From the human T2T-CHM13v2.0 reference genome, Homo sapiens, in the NCBI RefSeq assembly GCF_009914755.1, contig NC_060933.1: a stretch of 64,000 bases of DNA. One strand, written 5' to 3'. Of the stretch, positions 39,591 to 52,625 are shown piece by piece. Position 1 is the stretch's first letter. Each line of letters opens with the position of its first letter. A program made the translations under genes and the position numbers. The notes under the pieces are model-generated. The model made no database searches, was not told where the DNA came from, and saw nothing but the letters and a program-made list of their open reading frames with translations.

Positions 39591-42317
39591 AATATTGTTG
39601 TAATGAATTAAGACTAAATATGAATATAAATATTCTTAAATATATCCAGAGTTCCTATAAATCAATATTTTAAAAAGAAAATGGACAGATGACAAAATTC
39701 ACAGAAAATGAGAAAATACAGATAACTAGTATGTACTTGAAAAAGCATTAAATCTTCTAAAAGAAATGCAAAATAAAATCATAATATATATTACAATTAA
39801 ATAAGCAAAGATGAAGAGGTTTGATAATATATCTGGGAAGGTGTGATTGAAGCAGCACTCTTATGTCTTATCATGGGAGTATAAGTTAGTTCAACATATG
39901 TGCAGGGCGGTAGCAATATAGCAGTTCCACTTTTGGAAATTCATTCTATAGATATACTTGCCCATGCATGGGAAACGTTCTGTCTACAGGGATACCCATT
40001 GCAGTGTTGTTTGTAATAGCGACAGGATGCAAATAATGGAAATGCCTATCCGTAGGGAGTTAGGAAACTGGAAAAATTCTGTTATATCCATATATAATAG
40101 AATGCAGCTATTAGAAAGATTAAGGCAACTGTATACATAATGATATGGCGCTATCTCTAATACATAGTGGTAAGAAGCAGAGTATAGAATAGGATGTATA
40201 GTATGTTCCTCCCCCCCATTTTGAAAGGAAAAGAATAAGAAATGTAAAATCTTGAAAATTATATATAATCAACTGGTAACATTGGTTGTTGTGAAGAGGG
40301 AAACTTGGTAACAAAGGGTTGAGATGAGCAGGTGCCTTACTTTTACTCTATACCCATTTGTAGCTTTAGAAACTGTCCTATATGCTTGTATTGACTGTTC
40401 AAATTGTATTAATTAAAATCAAATGGATCATGATCCTTATTGAAAAAAATCTTAATTTCTATCTCAGAACATATAGGTGGATATTTTGGTAAATGGCAGA
40501 TCAAAAATACGCAAGTCAGTTCTAGGTGGATGGCAGATCAAAATGTGAAAAGTGAAACAGTAAAGCTTTTGGAAGAAATGGAAAAATCTTTCATAACCTT
40601 GGAATAAGCAAAATGTCTTCAACAGGAGGCAAAAAGCATGAATCATAAGGGAAATAAATTGATAAATTGGACCATATAAAATTAGGAATTCTTGTTTATT
40701 AAAATATCATTAAAAAATGAAAAGGCAAGCCACAGATTGGAGAAGATATTTGTAATAAATATAACAAACATTCATATCTAGAATATGTTAAAAACCTTCT
40801 ACAAACAGAAAAAAGCAGACAATCCAGTAGATAAATGGACAAAATATTTGAACGGGCACTTCATGAAAGAGGATATCCCAATGAAAATTAAAACCACACT
40901 GGAGTACCACTACATGCCCAGAATGGTTAAAGTAAGAAAGGTTAACAGTATTTAGTGTTGCTGAAGATAATGGAGCACCTTTTCCTCATGGTGGGGAAAG
41001 TAAATTGATATGACCACTTTGGTAAATTGTCTTTAGTATTATGGCTGAATGCATGATTTCCTGTGACCCAGCAATTCCACTCCTACGTATATACCCAAGA
41101 GAGATGCATGCACATGACCACCAAAAGGCACCCACTAGAATGTTATGGCAGTTTTATTGGAAATAGCCAAAAACTGAAAACTAATAGAATGCAATGTCCA
41201 GTAGAATGGAAAAATAAATTATAATATATTCACACAATGGAATGTTGTGCAGCAATGAGGATAAATTATCTACAAATACACAACAGTATGGATGAAGTTC
41301 ACAAACCATAATGTTGAGCAAAAGAAGCCAGACACAAAAGAGTTTACGTTCTAAGAGTCCATTCATATGTGTTACAATAATAGGCCAAACAAAACTATGA
41401 TGTTTCAAGTCAGGAGAGCGGGTTTTCTTGGTGAGAGCAAGTGACTGGAAGAAGAGGACATGAGAAAGGCTTCTCGGGTGCTGGTGATATTCTTTTTCTT
41501 AATCTGGGCACTGGATTCACAGGTGTATTCAATTTGTGAAAATTAATCACATGCACTTAATGACTAGTCTATTTCATTGTATGTATGTTACACCTATTAA
41601 AAAGATTTTAAAAGGAATGGGTCAGAAAAATTTCTAAAACTAGAGGTAAATGCAGACAGTTGTAATAGTTTTGTATTTTATTATCAGTCTTCTCTAGTCT
41701 TACTTGATTTTGTTATTAACTAAAAAACTTATTCCTATTACTTGACTTTAAAACTATTTCTTTCCCTCTTACTCATGTAAAATCAATGATGGTGTCTTTA
41801 CCCTTTCAACCTCTTCATGTAGCTCATTCCTGGCTATTAGGAAAGGATATGACAGTGTGACATTTGTCTTTAGTTTTATTTTCCTGCAGATGGAATGGCT
41901 GTTTGTCAACTAAGATTGAGGCCCAGTAGAAAAGAGGGAAAGGCTTGGCTGAAGATGAGTTGAAAAGGTGTGAATGTGTCAGTCATCTTTGTGTATGTTA
42001 GCATGGTGCTGAAATGTGGAGGAGATACAGAAGTAGGAGAGCTTCACTCGGGACTGTGGCAGGTGACAACATCCACACCAGCATTCTGGACCCTTCCGTG
42101 GTTGTCTTCACCAGTTCCACTAATAGCAGACTGACTAATGCTGCTTAATTAAATCCAACAGACTTAAACTTTTTTGCTTACATATCCCTTAAAAGAACTT
42201 TGAATAGTCTTTACCACTCACTTTTAAATTGACACCCAAAGGTTTTTCAATATGTTTCAATCAATTTACTTTTGTAAAAAAGGAGTAGTGAATATTTTAT
42301 AAAAATGAAGAGGAGGA

Positions 42318-42630
<313 letters not shown>

Positions 42631-44059
42631 CTAGAATCAGTATTTCATGATATGATTTGATAATATTAAATACCTTGTGAATAAAAAGCACACTGAATCA
42701 TCTGAAAGAAATTAATAAAATTTTAAGCTGCTACTTTATCTTGAGCTTTTTGGTAGTTCTGCAGAATATTCTAGTTCTAGTTAGAAGAATCAGCCTCACT
42801 AACATATAACCCCTTCATATGTCCTAAATTCAGAACACCCCATTCAGGCCCCAAACACTGTTTCTCATGGTAGATTTCATCTTTGTCAAAATATGCATAA
42901 GACAGGAAATGCTATGGGTTTACTTATTTAAAGACAGGAAATGCTAATGGGTAAAAGTCAAGGTCTTTTGACTTTGAGGAGCCAAACAAAATTTATAAGT
43001 CAATACACCCCAGAGTATGTACCGTAGTAGGTTTGGGATGGCAACATGTACAACTCAGTTTACATCTCAGACAAGAAAGTTTTTAAAAGATCCCATGTGA
43101 AAGTTGGAAACCTGGAAATTTTTCTCCCAAAGTTGTCTGTGACTGTTTATTTCTTAGAAAATCTTTGTTTGAAGTTAGAAGACTGCTGTGATAGATATTT
43201 GAACAAGTAACCAAGAAAAACAGATGTGCTGGCCCCTTTGGCTTTCCATTGTAAACAGTCAAGGAAGCCAGCATGTCAAATGGTTACATTCAACCTGTGG
43301 CTTCCATGTTTTTGATGGAAAGATAAACACCTTTATTGTTAATAGATAAACAGTTTCAACTGGAAGAAAATAGCATGACTAAAAGTTAAGTGTATTGGAG
43401 CATAAAGCTTACTTTTGTATATTTGAATTTTGGAAATGTGATCCCTCAAAAATGTGCCTATAAAAATAGCTAACTAGTTTTGTGAATTTTAGTTTATATC
43501 ATTTTATAAAGTTATGTGGATTTTGGCAATAATGCCCCATGATTGTCATTTTAAAATAGCATGGCTATTCATATATATGTATAGTAATACAAAAAGTAGT
43601 ATGTAAATAAAATTCAGTTTATTAGAAATTTTATCATTGGATGTGGTAATTAGAAAGACTTCCGCTAAGCAGTCTTACAAGTTAATATAACTTTTTCTAG
43701 ATAACATAATTAAGATAAACAAAATACTTTTACTTTATACTGTAGAAATCAGAAATTACATATTTTATGTTGTTTGAAATTAACCTCTGTGTTTGCCTCT
43801 CAACAATCAATAGCGTAGCCTGTTTCTGTTTTTTATTTCTATGCCTTCTTTAGGGTTTCTCTTTTGAGTTTCACCAGACCATGTCTAACATAATAGTGGT
43901 GATTTTTGACAAAATATTTTATTGTTAATGTTAAGATCCTAAATTTAAATTACATTTTACTGAAATGAAACCATGTAAATGATGTAATTGAACTTAACTA
44001 TTATTTTAAAATTGGTGAAAATAGAGTAAGATTTCCTGCCTAGGACACAAGCACTAGAA

Positions 44060-44215
44060 CTTTGTTTCTCAAAATATATTCTCTCAAACCTCATCATGAA
44101 CACAGAGATGCTGGTTAAGATACAGATTCCTACACCTGCTACGTGGTAATCTGCATTTTGATCAAGCATCCTGGATGATTCTGAAGCACAGCAATCTGTG
44201 AAGACAGCTATTCTA
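44060..44215. mobile_element. MER5-type fragment
   Basis: atacagattcct...aatctgcattttgatcaagcatcctggatgattctgaagcac. Confidence 0.65.
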
Positions 44216-44992
44216 GGGCAGCATTACTTAACCTTGGATGATCCAAAACAGAAAGAGGCACCTCAAGTCCTTGGTAGCAGAGTACAAATAATAAAGTAAT
44301 AAAAAGAAACAGTGGATCCTGGAGACATACCCCCTTTTTTACATCTTGACTATAATAGCCTAATTCAAATGTAACTGTCCTGTCTTTATAGCTATGATGT
44401 TTTATCCTCATTACCCTCCAAAATACCAAATATTTCCATTCATCACTTATTACAAATGCCCTGCAATTACATGCAGAATGCTTATAAACTGTGTTTACCC
44501 AAATTGCTGTAGAACAAGTATTTAATTAACTGCCATAAAAGATCTGCTTTGTCATTTTTAAATACAGATTTTTAGTGATGTGTTAAAATAACAAATACAG
44601 ATATTTTAGTTTAATTCAATAAAATGGAACCAGTACAACCTCTGTTTTCACAAATGAAGTGATTCGGAATGAGTTTGTCAGCGCTAATGGGGCTCTTGCA
44701 CGCTGCAGTAGGATAAATAGCACATTTCTGTCCCACATTTTTCCTAAAACGAAGGCTGTCTCTAATCTCTCTCTTTCGACAAACCTTCATGCACTAAACT
44801 ATGTGCCCGTGACATAGGAAGCTCGTTTTGCTTGTAATGGGCCATATGCTTGTCTAGTAGATCTTTTGTGAAACTGAAGTTGGCTATTATAATGTGACAG
44901 GTATGTAAATAACATTTATCAGTGATCTCCGTAAAACTGATTCCTCCTTTCCCTTGTCATTATAAAAGGAAACTTTATTTCAGAGTAGAAAG

Positions 44993-45049
44993 TGCATTGT
45001 CTGAACTCATCAACACCCTCTCTATCCCTCCCCCCCCAATTTGTTGCAG
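44993..45049 (+). promoter_or_regulatory. 3' splice site of the DUF3504 exon: AG-free zone, candidate branch point CTCAT (45006-45010), C-rich polypyrimidine tract
   Basis: No AG between 44993 and 45047; tract caccctctctatccctccccccccaatttgttgcag. Confidence 0.75.
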
Positions 45050-45133
45050 ACCAGGATGAAAGAGCAGCTGAGCTCAGCAGGGAGCAGAACGAGAAAACCA
45101 TCCGGAGCACGCAGACCGCGCTCCGCAATTTCC
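45050..45133 (+). CDS. KIAA1958: 84-nt in-frame cassette form of the same exon, using an internal donor
   Basis: TTCC|GTGAGT at 45133/45134 lies exactly 84 nt after the acceptor; phase 1 in, phase 1 out; encodes (D)QDERAAELSREQNEKTIRSTQTALRNF. Confidence 0.7.
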
Positions 45134-46095
45134 GTGAGTTCCTCATCTCCAAGTATCCTTCTGAAACAAGAGAGATTTATGTCATCCCTTGCAAGGAGTT
45201 GGATGCCTACCTTGCCTCTTTCTTTGTTGATGCCAGGCAGAAGGATGGGTCCGAATACGAACCCAACAGCTTGGCCAATTACCAGTGTGGGCTCGAAAGG
45301 TACCTGAAAGAACACAGGTATGGCTATAGCATCACCAGGGATAAGGAATTCAAGCGTTCCCAAGAGGCCCTGAAGCAGAAGCAAATTGAACTCCGCTGTA
45401 AAGGAAAAGGAAATAAGCCACACAAGTCCATGAAGCTCACCTTTGCTGACGAGCTCATCCTGCGGAAAAGGGGACTGCTAAGCCGATATAACCCCGAGGG
45501 TTTGCTCAACCTAGTCTGGCTCAACAACACAAAAGCTTTTGGGCATTGCACAGGCTTCCATGGATCTACCTTAAAATGGGGTGATATCCGGCTCCGGGTA
45601 ACAGAGACGGGTCTCGAGTACTTGGAGTGGATGGGTCAGGACACTGGAGACTTGAATGCCAAAACCAAGAGAGGGGGGACAGACTCCCGTGTGTATGCCA
45701 CCCAGCACGCCCCACAGACCTGCCCTGTCCAGGACTATAAGGAGTATGCCCAGCGGCGGCCTCCCGCCATGCGCTACGAGGATGCCCCTTTCTACTTATC
45801 CATCAAGCCAGTCGTGAACCTGGCGGCTCTGCATTGGTACAACTGCCAGGCCCTTGGCAAGAACAAGCTGGCCAAGATGGTGAAGACCATGTGTGAGAAG
45901 GGCAACATCCCTGGCAGGAAAACCAACTTCAGTGTGTATCAGAGCTGCAGCACCTTGTCTGAGGCCCAGAGCAACCAGCTCGTGCTGATCTGTAACAATC
46001 TGAGCCAGCAGGCTGCCCAGTCAGTGGCCGGCCACTCCAACAATGGCAATTTCATCGTCTCCGCCTCCTATGACTCTTCCTCAGACACCGCTTGA
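45050..46095 (+). CDS. KIAA1958: KIAA1958 alternative terminal exon encoding a DUF3504 / Crypton-derived tyrosine-recombinase-like domain; spliced to 1262-2432 it gives 738 aa
   Basis: Acceptor ...ccctccccccccaatttgttgcAG|ACCAG at 45048-45049. G2432+AC = Asp, in frame with the 367-aa ORF; stop TGA at 46093-46095. Motifs typical of DUF3504/Crypton: LDAYLASFFVDARQKDGSEYEPNSL, VWLNNTKAFG, LKWGDI, KTKRGG, CPV, PFYL, WY..QALGKNKL..MVK.M, KTNFS, AGHS. GC- and CpG-rich against an AT-rich intron. Confidence 0.92.
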
Positions 46096-48924
46096 CCAGG
46101 TGGCTTGAGCAAGACTCCAGTTTGGTTACTGTGTCCGGAGAAACTGTGATTATACACCGCTTCTCGTTCCCCTTCCTGTGCCCTCAGTGTTAATTCACTT
46201 TATAAAAATATAAATATATAATATATTTTTCTTTTTACAAATAAGCCAATGGAGATAATTTAGTATTACTAACATAGTATTTATAGGCTTAAGACAAATG
46301 TACTTGTGGGCGATCAAATGTAATTACTGTTACAGACTTTACAAAACCATACGTGGTTCTCAGGCAACACAAAGTAGAGAGGGAATTCTGTTTTTTAAAA
46401 ACTGTCAAAAAGGAAATTGAGAGTCATCCTAGACTTAACATGCTTGCGTCCTCAACTCCTGCTTTTCGTTCCCACCCCAACTCCCCTTTTTTGTCTCCTT
46501 AATAAATGGCTTTATTTTTTTAATTTTTAAAATTCTATATTAATCAAGAGGAGACATTAACTTTACTGCTGACGCAAAACTGTATTCAGCTAGATCCACA
46601 ATATGAAAATGTATAAGCTCAACATCAAATTATTTACATCTTCTCTTTTTTAACTTAATTAGAGTTTTAGCTCCTGTGCCTCATTTTTTACAATGTATGA
46701 GAATCTAGATGTTTAGCTAACATCTTTTCTTTTTGGGGGGAAAGGGTAGAAGGAGGGAATAAAGGTGCCATTCTTTTTGGGAGATACATGATTTTAAAAT
46801 AATACCCAAAGTCTAATATTTTGGCTAAAAAGACTGTTACATAGCTCATTTTAACTATTGTGCTTGAACCTGGAAAGAATGTTTCTTTTTTTGTCCCTAA
46901 GAAATGGGTATAAATGAAGTTTGACAGGAAATTTAAAGCTACCAAAGCTTTGAAAATGTTGCCAAGCATTAGATTGCCTATAAAGAAGGTAAAAGGTGGA
47001 AAGTCTTACTAAAAATCTAGAAGCAGTAGTCGAGACAACAAAAAAACTCATCCTCTTCAAAGTTCATATTCCCTGAATTATTTACTTAGAAGCATTAAAC
47101 AGTCTCTTTTCTCCTGAGGCAAGGGTGTGTATTCGACTCTGTGATTGAGATCCAAGGAATATTGGCACTCATTTTAGGTAACAATATTTTGTTACCAGAT
47201 TTTGCTGAATTCAAAGCATTCTTGAAAATGTGCGAGATTTTTCTATAGTAAATATAAATGCGTTTATCTGTGATATCCTGCAATTATTATAATAATTTTG
47301 GTTAAACATTTGTGGCAGTTTTTCCAAGGTCTTTGTTTTCAAGTCTTGATGCCTGTGGTGAATTATTAGTTAAGATATTTCAAAAATAAAATAAATTTAG
47401 ACTTTAGAGCCACAATAAAGCTGAGCTAGGTTCCTATTCTGTATAATCAGCAACACACAGAAACTCCAAATCTTGATTGTTTTGTTGGACCCGTGAATTC
47501 TATTGGGAAATATTTGTTCTTCAAGGCAACCTCATAATTCACATTAGCTAGAAAGGTAGGTGGTATTTTGTACATTAATTTAGTGTATAACCAGGACAAA
47601 TTTCATTCTGAATTGCTTTGCTAAATCATCACAGAGCTGAGCTCTCCCATGGTCAGGGAACTCCTTCCAACACCAAGTCATAAGCACATAAAGACCCGTT
47701 CCTCTAAGCTGTGACCTTTCATCTGGCTAAGGAGTGGGAAGTCAGCCATGGACTTTGTGTCGTGGAGTTAACCTCATGTTCATGACTTTTCCTCCATAGA
47801 GAAATATTCATTTATACATCCAGAAACAAGAAGAAAGGGCAGAGAATGTCTTGCTTTATGTTTTTGTATTGATAGTGATGAGAGCTGCCATTTTTGAGCC
47901 AGCATGCATGCCAGCACTGTGCTAAGTGACTTACATGGATCACATATGTAAGTCATAGTTACTAATCTTAAAAAAAAAGAAAAAAAAAATAGGAAAACAC
48001 AGATAAGGATAAAGAAAACAAAATACGTACTCGTAAGTCTTCTAGCCAAAGATAACTACTGTTAACATTTTGGCAAATATTTCTTCAGACATATTGCAGT
48101 ACTTACATATTTATTTCTATATATATTAATATTTTCAGCAACTTTGAAAAGGTGAGTTATCTTTATTTTATGGTCAGGTCAAGATAAGTCAATTAGGTCA
48201 TAGCTAAAGAAATGGTAGTCTGTCATTTCACTCCAGAGTTTTTTTCTATTTAAGTTTCTCAGTACCAGCTCATCATTAATTTCCAGTGGTTTGATCCAGA
48301 GCTGGGGACACAGTGTCTTAACATCTCTGAAGGATGTCTGATCAAAAGGAATGCTGAGTAATCTTCCATGGTGGCAGCATGTCCTCTAGTCCTCTCCCAC
48401 ACCCATACATTTGGAGCCACAGAGCCTCTTTCTCCCAGTTCTCTTTACAAAACCTTCCTGTTCGCCTTATTCTATAGTTAGTCCTTACGGCATCAGACAG
48501 CCTACTTTAAGGGAACTCTTAAACTCTAATGTTTAAAAAAAGGTCTCTGTAAAACACTTAAAATGTTATGGTGCATTTAATTTTTAATTGACGTAGTTTC
48601 TAAATTTTTGATATGTTTCTGACAGCACAGTAAGTTTGTCTTAAGGAAGAAGAGTAGTCAGTATGCACTGTGAAAGCAGAACTAGAAAATGTCAGTTCCC
48701 TATCTGTGTTTATTAAGGTACTAAAATGAAAATCTTTGTCCTGCTTAATCATATTGCATCTTCATTTAGAAAAACACAAATTGGGAATGTGAATTATTTT
48801 TATTTATTTATATTTTTCTGTGATAACTCAAGCCAAATAGGAGCATTGTGACTTTTAGTTTCAGAAAACTGTTTTCTGAATGATGGCTTGGTAGAAGCCT
48901 AGCCAAATTACAGTATCAGTCTTT

Positions 48925-49374
<450 letters not shown>

Positions 49375-50399
49375 TAGCAAAAAATCAACAGTCCAGGAGA
49401 TGTTCACTACAACTGAATGCGCTGCCTTTTCAGGCAATCCTGTGGCTCAAATAAAGCCATATTTGCAGTGCTTACACTTTAAGATCAATGTAATGTCATG
49501 TAAGAAACCCTCCAGTGTTCCTCACATGACTGAAAGTTTTGCACTGTCTACAACAAAAACACTGAACACTGTCAGCATTTGGATGACATAGCTGCATAAT
49601 TTGGTCTTTCTACCATATTCATGTGAGTGACTCTTGAAAACCATAGATGCTAGCTATTTTTAAAAAAACTATAATGTTTGAAAAAGTTAAGAGATAGGAT
49701 ATTTATTCAAGACAGCTTATTCTAGATTCCATTTGATATCATGGTTATTAGGGCTGGTCTGAATATGACTTATAAATATATATCAGCAATTTAGGATATT
49801 TATAATTATTTTTCCCTATGGTTAAATTTTCCCTATGTTAAATCACTGCCTGTTCTACAAAAGAGTAGTCTGAAAATCTTCTGGCATACATTTGATCTCT
49901 TTGGTTTTTCAGTTAGATTATTATTAGCTGAAACTTTCATAGCATTTACTTGACTAAATCATATGGCTTAGCTTGCAGATGCCATGAAATCAATGACTTT
50001 ATTGAGATGAGAATTTGTAGTCACATCAACAGTATTTATTGAACAGCTAGGGGCCAAACCTGGAGGGGTATAAAGACACATGAAATAGTCCCTGCTCTCA
50101 AAGAATTTATAAAAGACATTGTAATAAAAGTTAGTTCATTTTTGAGAGCCCAGCAAAAAACTCTATGCTAATACTATTTTGCATAGTTTTCCAAACTTTG
50201 TACCCATGCAATTTATCCATTATTTATTCATTGAATATGTTGGTCTGCTGTGGAATACGTAATTCTGCTTTGAGTATTTTCTGGAGAATCTTTCTTAGAG
50301 CCTGTTTTAAAATCAATAAAGTGAAGGCATTTCTGTACCATCCACTGTGTTCATGTAGGTGCACATATGCATCAGAGTGTACAGATCTGTCATCAATGA

Positions 50400-50600
50400 C
50401 TATCACCTCTTGAGCACTGACAATGTGCCATTGTACTGAGTGCTTTATAAGTTGTTTCACTTAATTCTCACAATAGTCCCATTAGGTAAGTATTATTATT
50501 TCCCTTTTATAATTGAGGAAATCCAGAAAAGTCAAATGGCTTGCCCATGTCACAGTTAATATGTAAGAGCATCCGTATCTGAAATTAGATCCAGATCCCA
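50400..50600 (-). mobile_element. MIR
   Basis: ttaattctcacaatag...ccttttataattgaggaaa...ttgcccatgtcacag. Confidence 0.75.
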
Positions 50601-52319
50601 TTAAGCACTCTCTTTTTCTGCTGTAGCTACTTGTTCAAGAAGTGATTTGCTGTGCTTCTGTAGACCCTCTGAAGTTATAAATTATAAATGAAATCCCAGG
50701 TGTACTAAAATCATCAAATTAATTCAACTCATTGATTGAGATCAATGTTAGCACAACATTATTTAGGCGTCATTACTGTAGTATTTTGAGATGAGATATT
50801 AAGCAGTTTGTTTATCCCTGGTTACCAGCAGAGAGCAGAAGTTTGTGTCACTCTAAAAAACACCTAACTTTGTCATGGAGGCAAGTGTGTATATGTGTAT
50901 AATTTATTTTTACCCCAATTAAAGCCAAAACCCCAATTTCAAGAGAGTCCTTTATAATTCAGGCAGGGAAGTGGGAGGGTCTAGGCAGAGGGACTGCCTA
51001 TAAGCCAGTATCGATTGCCATTGACCAGATACTAAATATGAATTAGAGGTAGACTGTGAACCTATTCAGATTTTTTCTGGTTCGACTATCTGCAGTTTAA
51101 TGTGAGACAGACACTTCTGATCTTAATCAGCCCTCTTCTGACTGATTTTCTTTATCTATAGGAAAGGTATATTTTGATCCTTATTTCTCTAGCCAAAATA
51201 AAGCTGTAATACTAAGCACCTGTAAATAAAAACTCTCTCCCAGATGACAGAAGAAATAGATACCTAAGCCTAGGGAGGAAAGTCAAGGGGAATGTATAAT
51301 TTCTTGGAGCAAGATATCTTTTAAAGCGTTCATTAAAAAATAGTTACAAGTACTGAAAGAATTAGCAAGTTCTCTATCAGCTTAATAAATGTTTCCCAAA
51401 TAGAATTCTATTATACAAGATATGTCTCTGTACATCTACCATACAATATGGTACAGATAGGCAGTGATCAATTAAGAAATGCACATTGGCAAGGGCATCC
51501 TCAATCGTTGTTTAGTGCATGGTATTCAAACATTGCTTTCCCTTCCCACTTGGATCTGGTTAACATGATATTGAGTGCATAGCCTTTCATAAAGCAAAGT
51601 GATGAAGCTAGGATAATTTTAGAGATCCTTGCCATCAAATAGAACTGGAATAAAGAAATACATTGCAGATATCATTCTTTTGGGAGTTGGTGTATTTCTA
51701 GTGATATAACAACAGAAAAGAAGAGATGATATTGATGGAGTACCAAGAACTCTAATTTTACTTTTCTAAACAGAAAAGGAAGACATTTAAAATTCCTCAT
51801 GGTCCAGCCTGTTTGTAAATTGACCAGTTGGGCCTGCCAAAGCTGAGCAAAAGCTTGAAAAATTTTTTTTAATGGCATTTTAATACACTTACGTTGAGTT
51901 CTTATGTAAACAATGACTTTTGTGAATTAGAACCAGAGTATTAATTAGGTCAGAGTCCCAGTTTGATTAGAATATTAATTAGGTCTGTGTGTTAATGTAA
52001 ACCATTGTCTTTGTTGTATTATTAGTCATAGAGGCTAGATCTGGAAAGGACCCAAGAGATCATCTAGCCCAGTGATTTTCAATGCTGTGAAGAGTAGGAG
52101 TCACCACGTCCTCATGTAGGTAGGGAGTGGGGAGCGCAAGAAGATAGAAATAGCCAAGAGAACACAACCTCAAACAAATTCCCCAGAGGTCTCATGTTTC
52201 CTACCCCCTCCCCTCCTTCTTTGAGACTCACTAGACTGACTGAGCTGCTGTTCCCTCTGGAATGCATCCTTCAGGTGTGCTAGCTGGAAAATAAAATTGG
52301 AAACATTTAATCTACCTTT

Positions 52320-52625
52320 TAATGTATTTATTTGTTTTTCGAGACAGGGTCTCGCTCTGTTGTCCAGGCTGGAGTGCAGTGGCACAATCAAGACTCACTG
52401 CAGTGGCACTGCAGCCTTGAACTCCTGGGCTCAAGCAATCCTCCCAACTCAACCTCCCAAGTAGCTGGGACTCCCGGTTCATACCATCCTGCCTGACTAA
52501 TTTTTAAAAATTTTTTGTAGACATGGGATCTCACTGTGTTGCCCAGGCTGGTCTCAGACTCCTGGACTCAAGTGATCCCCCCACCTCAGCCTCCCAAAGT
52601 GCTAGAATTACAGGCATGAGCCACT
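52320..52625 (-). mobile_element. AluJ
   Basis: Antisense dimer with a small internal duplication (cactgcagtggcactgcag). Confidence 0.95.

Noticed and set aside
44992-45049. ORF-track N-terminus MHCLNSSTPSLSLPPQFVA as a standalone start for the recombinase ORF
   Set aside because: It starts at GTG and merely translates the branch point and polypyrimidine tract; the real entry is the acceptor at 45050.
45050-46095. Active or recent Crypton transposon, or phage-integrase contamination
   Set aside because: No own ATG or promoter, no terminal repeats seen, degenerate catalytic motifs, a proper in-frame splice acceptor, and primate repeats on both sides.
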